From Alphaproteobacteria bacterium HGW-Alphaproteobacteria-6 (lineage in GTDB: Bacteria; Pseudomonadota; Alphaproteobacteria; Rhodobacterales; Rhodobacteraceae): a stretch of DNA of 64,000 bases. Position numbers and translations under genes: made by a program. The number at the start of each line of letters is the position of its first letter. Position 1 is the stretch's first letter. Below, piece by piece: positions 59,432-64,000 of this stretch. The stretch covers positions 39-64,038 of the forward strand of contig PHEC01000001.1 in assembly GCA_002841115.1 (NCBI GenBank), given 5' to 3'. The notes under the pieces are model-generated. The model made no database searches. It was not told the origin of the DNA and worked only from the letters and a program-made list of their open reading frames with translations.

Positions 59432-61133
59432 CGACGGACTTCAGCGGCGGGGCGCCTTCTTCTTCCAGAACCGCGTCAAGCCCGGCCTCAAGCTTTCGGC
59501 GGATGCGCACCGCCTCTTTCTCTTCGGGGTCGAAGGACAGCGCGCGGCGCCACTGGAACTCGGCCTCGCGCTTGCGCCCGACCGCCCAGTAGACATCGCC
59601 GAGATGGTCGTTGATCACCGGATCGACCGGCATCAGTTCGACCGCCTGTTCCATCTGCGTCACCGAATCCGGGTAGCGCCCCATCCGGTAAAGCGCCCAG
59701 CCGAGGCTGTCGACGATCGCGCCGTCGTCGGGCCGTGCCGCGACCGCACGTTCGATCATCCCCATCGCCTCGTCGAGGCGGGTGTTCATCTCGAGATAGG
59801 AATAGCCGAGATAGTTCAGGACCTGCGGCTGATCGGGCTTCAGTTCAAGCGCCTTGCGGAAATCGGCCTCGGCGGCATCCCAGTTCTTCTCGCGCTCATT
59901 GGCGATGCCGCGGGTGTAGTAGACCGGCCATTGCGCCTCGTTCGTGGTCTTGAAGCTGGCGATGGCGGCATCATAGGCGCGGGCCGCCTCGGCATAGCGT
60001 TCCTCGCGACGGAAGGTGTCACCCAGCGCGCTCCAGATATCGGGGCGGTCTGGTTCGGCGCGGGCAAGCTGGCGCAGCGCCTCGATCGCCGCTTCGGTCT
60101 GGCCGGCCGAGATCAGCGCGTCGGCGCGCCCCAGTTCGGCCATGGCAAAGGCCGGGTCGCTGCGCTCCACTCGCGCATAGGTCTCGATCGCCAGGTCATA
60201 CTGGCCCTGCGCCTCGAGGATCTGGGCGCCGAGAAGGATCGCCTCGGCGTCTTTCGGGCGCAGGTATTCGGCCATCCGCGCGAAGGCCAGGGTGTTGATA
60301 TCGGCCGCGTCTCCCTGCATCGCGCTGGCAACGGTCAGATAGACCTCGGCCACACCGTCGCCGGGGCTGGTGACCACGGTGAAGGGCAGCGTCTCGCCCG
60401 CCGCCAGCCTGTCGCGCATCGCGGAAAATTCCGCATCGCCGGTGCCGACGATCTTGTCGATCAGCTCGATCGCGGTGCTGTTGCGCTCCAGCTGGCTGAG
60501 GATCTCGACATGGGCGACGATACCGCGCCGGGTGGCCCGCAGCGGCCCGCCGGCCTCGCCGGAAAAGATCTGCTCGGCACCCTCGAAGTCGCCGGCCGCG
60601 GCGAGGGCCAGCGCCTTGTGGTAAAGCCCGAAGGATTGCAGCCCGCGCGAGGCGGCTACCGCATCGAACTGCGCGGTGGCATCCGACATCTGGCCCTGTC
60701 CGACCAGGGCCCAGGCGCGATAAAGCTGGTCGACCAGCGCGCCCGAACTGCGCCCCGCATCGAGCGCCGCGATCGCCCCGGCAAAATCGCCGCGCTGGGC
60801 CAGGTCGGTCAGCACCACCATGTCGGCGATCTGGCTTTTGGCATCGAGCTGATCCAGGAGCTGCGCCTTCAGGATCGCGCGGTCCATCGCGCCGCGGCCG
60901 ACCTCGGCGATAATCGCATCCTGAAGGAAGGCGGCATTGGTCGGATCGGCGGCGATCGCGCGGGTGAAGAAATCGGCGGCGCTGGCATAATCGGCATTCT
61001 GACTGGCCAGCCGCGCCGCCAGATAGGGGCCGGCAAGGCCGTCGCGGGCCTCTGCGGCCGCGGTCAGCGCAAGGCCGAAGGTTGCGGCCAGAACCGGGGC
61101 CAGAAGGCGGTGGATGGGGCGTGGTCGCGTCAC
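59409..61133 (-). CDS. Tetratricopeptide repeat protein (exported)
   Basis: Signal peptide; [23 protein letters not shown]; upstream of ispE. Confidence 0.9.
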   Translation of the reverse strand: MTRPRPIHRLLAPVLAATFGLALTAAAEARDGLAGPYLAARLASQNADYASAADFFTRAIAADPTNAAFLQDAIIAEVGRGAMDRAILKAQLLDQLDAKSQIADMVVLTDLAQRGDFAGAIAALDAGRSSGALVDQLYRAWALVGQGQMSDATAQFDAVAASRGLQSFGLYHKALALAAAGDFEGAEQIFSGEAGGPLRATRRGIVAHVEILSQLERNSTAIELIDKIVGTGDAEFSAMRDRLAAGETLPFTVVTSPGDGVAEVYLTVASAMQGDAADINTLAFARMAEYLRPKDAEAILLGAQILEAQGQYDLAIETYARVERSDPAFAMAELGRADALISAGQTEAAIEALRQLARAEPDRPDIWSALGDTFRREERYAEAARAYDAAIASFKTTNEAQWPVYYTRGIANEREKNWDAAEADFRKALELKPDQPQVLNYLGYSYLEMNTRLDEAMGMIERAVAARPDDGAIVDSLGWALYRMGRYPDSVTQMEQAVELMPVDPVINDHLGDVYWAVGRKREAEFQWRRALSFDPEEKEAVRIRRKLEAGLDAVLEEEGAPPLKSVDAAAANH

Positions 61134-61242
61134 GAAGGGCTCCTCCCGTCATGGGTCGCCAGAAGGTAGGGGCTGCGACCGCGCAAGGCAATGGCCGCGG
61201 CGGTCACGTTTTTCGCCGCCGCCCGCGCCGCCCGCACCGCCG

Positions 61243-62892
61243 TCACATGTTGGGATAGTTCGGCCCGTCGCCGCCCTGCGGCGTGGTCCAGGTGATGTTC
61301 TGGGCAGGGTCCTTGATGTCGCAGGTCTTGCAGTGGACGCAGTTCTGGAAGTTGATCTGAAAGCGCGGCCCGCCCTCGCCCTCCAGCACCTCGTAGACCC
61401 CGGCCGGGCAATAGCGCTGCGCCGGCTCGGCGTATTTCGGCAGGTTGACCGCGATCGGCAGCGACGGATCGGCAAGCCGCAGGTGGCAGGGCTGGCTTTC
61501 CTCGTGGTTGGTGGCCGAGAAGCTGACATTGGTCAGCCGGTCGAAGGACAGCACCCCGTCGGGCCGGGGATAGTCGATCTTGGCGAAGTCCTTTGCCTCG
61601 CCGGTCGCCGCCGCGTCGGTCTTGCCGTGTTTCAGCGTGCCGAAAAGCGTGAGGCCGAAAAGGCTTTGCGTCCACATGTCGAACCCGCCGAGGACCAGCG
61701 AGGGGATCATCCCCCAGCGCGACCACATCGGCTTGACGTTGCGCACCGGCTTCAGGTCCTTCGCGATCGGGCCCGAGCGCAGGTCGGCCTCGTATTCGGT
61801 CAGCTCGTCGCCCGACCGCCCGGCCCTGATCGCCGCCGCCGCCGCTTCGGCCGCGGCGATCCCCGACAGCATCGCATTGTGGTTGCCCTTGATCCGCGGC
61901 ACGTTCACCAGACCCGCCGAACAGCCCAGAAGCGCCACGCCGGGCGCCACCAGCTTCGGGATCGACTGCCAGCCGCCCTCGCTGATTGCCCGCGCGCCGT
62001 AGGCCACCCGCTTGGCCCCCTTCAGAAGTTCCGCCACCATCGGGTGATGCTTGAAGCGCTGAAATTCCATGTAGGGATAAAGATGCGGGTTCTCATAGTT
62101 CAGGTGCACCACGAAGCCGACATAAACCTGATTGTTTTCAAAGTGATAGATGAAAGACCCGCCGCCGGCATTCCGCCCCAGCGGCCAGCCCATGGTATGG
62201 GTGACCGTGCCGATCCGGTGCTTGGCCGGGTCGATCTCCCAGATCTCCTTCATGCCAAGGCCGAATTTCTGCGGGCAGTGATCGCGCGACAGGTCGTGCT
62301 TCGCCATCACCTCCTTGGCCAGCGATCCGCGCACCCCTTCCGACAGGAAGACGTATTTGCCCAAAAGCTCCATTCCCGGCTCAAAGTTCGGCCCGGGCGT
62401 GCCGTCGGGTTGCAGCCCCATCTCGCCGGCGACGACGCCCCTCACCCCGCCATCCGCGCCCCAGACCAGTTGCGAACAGGCCATGCCGGGAAAGATCTCG
62501 ACCCCAAGCGCTTCGGCCTCGGCCGCCATCCAGCGGCAGACATTGGCCATCGAGACGATATACTTGCCGTGGTTCGACATCAGCTTCGGCATCGGCCAGT
62601 TCGGGATGCGGACCTGCCCCGCCGGCCCGAGGATATAGAAATTGTCCCCTGTCACCGCGGTCGTGACCGGCGCGCCCTTCGCCTTCCAGTCGGGGATCAG
62701 CGCATCAAGGCCGGCGGTGTCCAGGACCGCGCCCGACAGGATATGCGCGCCAACTTCCGATCCCTTTTCCAGGACGACGACGTTGAGATCGGCGTCAAGC
62801 TGTTTCAGCCGGATCGCCGCCGACAGCCCGGCGGGGCCGGCGCCGACGATCACCACGTCAAATTCCATCTGTTCGCGTGTGATGCCGGTCAT
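61243..62892 (-). CDS. Electron transfer flavoprotein-ubiquinone oxidoreductase
   Basis: DVVIVGAGPAG, YCPAGVYE, NCVHCKTCDIKDP. Confidence 0.96.
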   Translation of the reverse strand: MTGITREQMEFDVVIVGAGPAGLSAAIRLKQLDADLNVVVLEKGSEVGAHILSGAVLDTAGLDALIPDWKAKGAPVTTAVTGDNFYILGPAGQVRIPNWPMPKLMSNHGKYIVSMANVCRWMAAEAEALGVEIFPGMACSQLVWGADGGVRGVVAGEMGLQPDGTPGPNFEPGMELLGKYVFLSEGVRGSLAKEVMAKHDLSRDHCPQKFGLGMKEIWEIDPAKHRIGTVTHTMGWPLGRNAGGGSFIYHFENNQVYVGFVVHLNYENPHLYPYMEFQRFKHHPMVAELLKGAKRVAYGARAISEGGWQSIPKLVAPGVALLGCSAGLVNVPRIKGNHNAMLSGIAAAEAAAAAIRAGRSGDELTEYEADLRSGPIAKDLKPVRNVKPMWSRWGMIPSLVLGGFDMWTQSLFGLTLFGTLKHGKTDAAATGEAKDFAKIDYPRPDGVLSFDRLTNVSFSATNHEESQPCHLRLADPSLPIAVNLPKYAEPAQRYCPAGVYEVLEGEGGPRFQINFQNCVHCKTCDIKDPAQNITWTTPQGGDGPNYPNM

Positions 62893-63157
62893 CGAACGTC
62901 CCCCTCACGGCCAGCCTGCCCCTGCCCTCGGGTTACCCTACCCCGCCCGCCGAGGCAATCGTGACGCCGCGCACCTCTCCCCGGTCCGGGGGCGCGCATC
63001 GGCGCCAGCCGCGACGCCCGGCCGGGCCGGCACATTTCCGCACCGCTCGGGCCGGTGCGCCGGACCCGGCTATTGACTTTACCGCGCCGGACCGGGTTTA
63101 CAGCTTGGTGTTACCCATCATTCCGGCATGTCCACCCTGCCCAGTCGACGAGCGAGC

Positions 63158-63628
63158 ATGGAAAAGATACCGATGACCCGCGCCGGCCACACTGCGCTGG
63201 ACGGCGAGCTGAAAGAGTTGAAGTCGGTCGAGCGTCCCGCCGTGATCCGCGCGATCGCCGAGGCGCGCGAGCATGGCGACCTGTCGGAGAACGCCGAATA
63301 CCACGCCGCGCGCGAACGCCAGAGCTTCGTCGAGGGCCGGATCAAGGAGCTTGAGGCGATCCTGTCGCGGGCCGAGGTCATCGACCCGGCCAAGCTGTCC
63401 GGGCCGATCAAGTTCGGCGCCACCGTCACCCTTGTCGACGAGGATACCGACGAGGAGAAGCGCTATCAGATCGTCGGCGAGGCCGAGGCCGATATCGAGC
63501 GCGGGCTTCTCAACATTCGCTCGCCGCTGGCGCGGGCGCTGATCGGCAAGGACGAGGGCGACAGCGTCGAGGTCCATGCCCCCGGCGGCGGCAAGAACTA
63601 CGAGATCCTCAGCATACGCTACGTCTGA
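63158..63628 (+). CDS. greA: Transcription elongation factor GreA
   Basis: [23 protein letters not shown]. Confidence 0.97.
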   Translation: MEKIPMTRAGHTALDGELKELKSVERPAVIRAIAEAREHGDLSENAEYHAARERQSFVEGRIKELEAILSRAEVIDPAKLSGPIKFGATVTLVDEDTDEEKRYQIVGEAEADIERGLLNIRSPLARALIGKDEGDSVEVHAPGGGKNYEILSIRYV

Positions 63629-63651
63629 CGCCAGCGCCGGAAGGCCGCCCC

Positions 63652-64000
63652 ATGCCCGACAGCAAACCGACGCCGCCCGCCGAGACACCGGTCGAATTCA
63701 GCCTGTTCGCCTCGGCCGGCCCGGACCGCTCGATCGCGCCGGCCGATATCGTTGCGGCCGTCGTCAGCCTTGCCTGGCTGGCGCTGGTCGGCGGCTTTTT
63801 CCTGTTTGCCGGCAGTGGCGCGGACGGCGCCTTCGGCAGCATCATGGTGCTGGTCGCGATCTTCCTGCCGGTCCTGCTGATCTGGGTGGCGGCGATCACC
63901 CTGCGCGGCACCCGGGAGATGCGGGCCGAGACCGAGCGCCTGCAGGCCACGATCGACGCCATGCGCCACGCCTATCTCGGCCAGATCCAGGCCGGCACCG
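63652..64000 (+). CDS. Hypothetical membrane protein, 3'-truncated by the window edge
   Basis: Open frame from ATG 63652 (MPDSKPT..) with two TM helices then a coiled-coil segment; absent from the ORF track because it has no stop in the window. Confidence 0.7.
   Translation, partial: MPDSKPTPPAETPVEFSLFASAGPDRSIAPADIVAAVVSLAWLALVGGFFLFAGSGADGAFGSIMVLVAIFLPVLLIWVAAITLRGTREMRAETERLQATIDAMRHAYLGQIQAGT

Overview
This is a high-GC (by eye ~65-70%) alphaproteobacterial chromosome segment with Rhodobacteraceae-type gene content. From left to right it holds: (1) the 3' part of a heme-copper oxidase-superfamily subunit I with Asn in place of the active-site Tyr (sNOR-like), followed by senC/SCO, a membrane ORF and a nitrite/formate channel; (2) a decayed panB-like/mocE remnant; (3) iolR-iolCDEB and glpR/glpD/glpK; (4) an S49 peptidase, an SDR, and a DnaA-box/GANTC-rich intergenic region (candidate oriC) upstream of uvrC; (5) accA, mscS, a flavoprotein, a GST and holA-lptE-leuS; (6) an accessory carbohydrate locus (ABC transporter, PfkB kinase, two unknown ORFs, SAF-domain oxidoreductase, acoABC-like genes, SorC regulator); (7) an array of covarying TCC-AGT-GGA hairpin repeats bracketing a low-GC trypsin-like protease gene at the recoded 3' end of lepA; (8) a PotABCD-like transporter cluster with two atypical GT1 glycosyltransferases, two cupins, an aldehyde dehydrogenase and a GntR regulator; (9) core genes phaAB, ispB, ispE, a TPR protein, ETF-QO and greA. 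Two copies of a ~315-bp MITE are present. No rRNA, tRNA, CRISPR array, integrase or transposase was recognised. All calls come from motif recognition by eye; no database searches were run.
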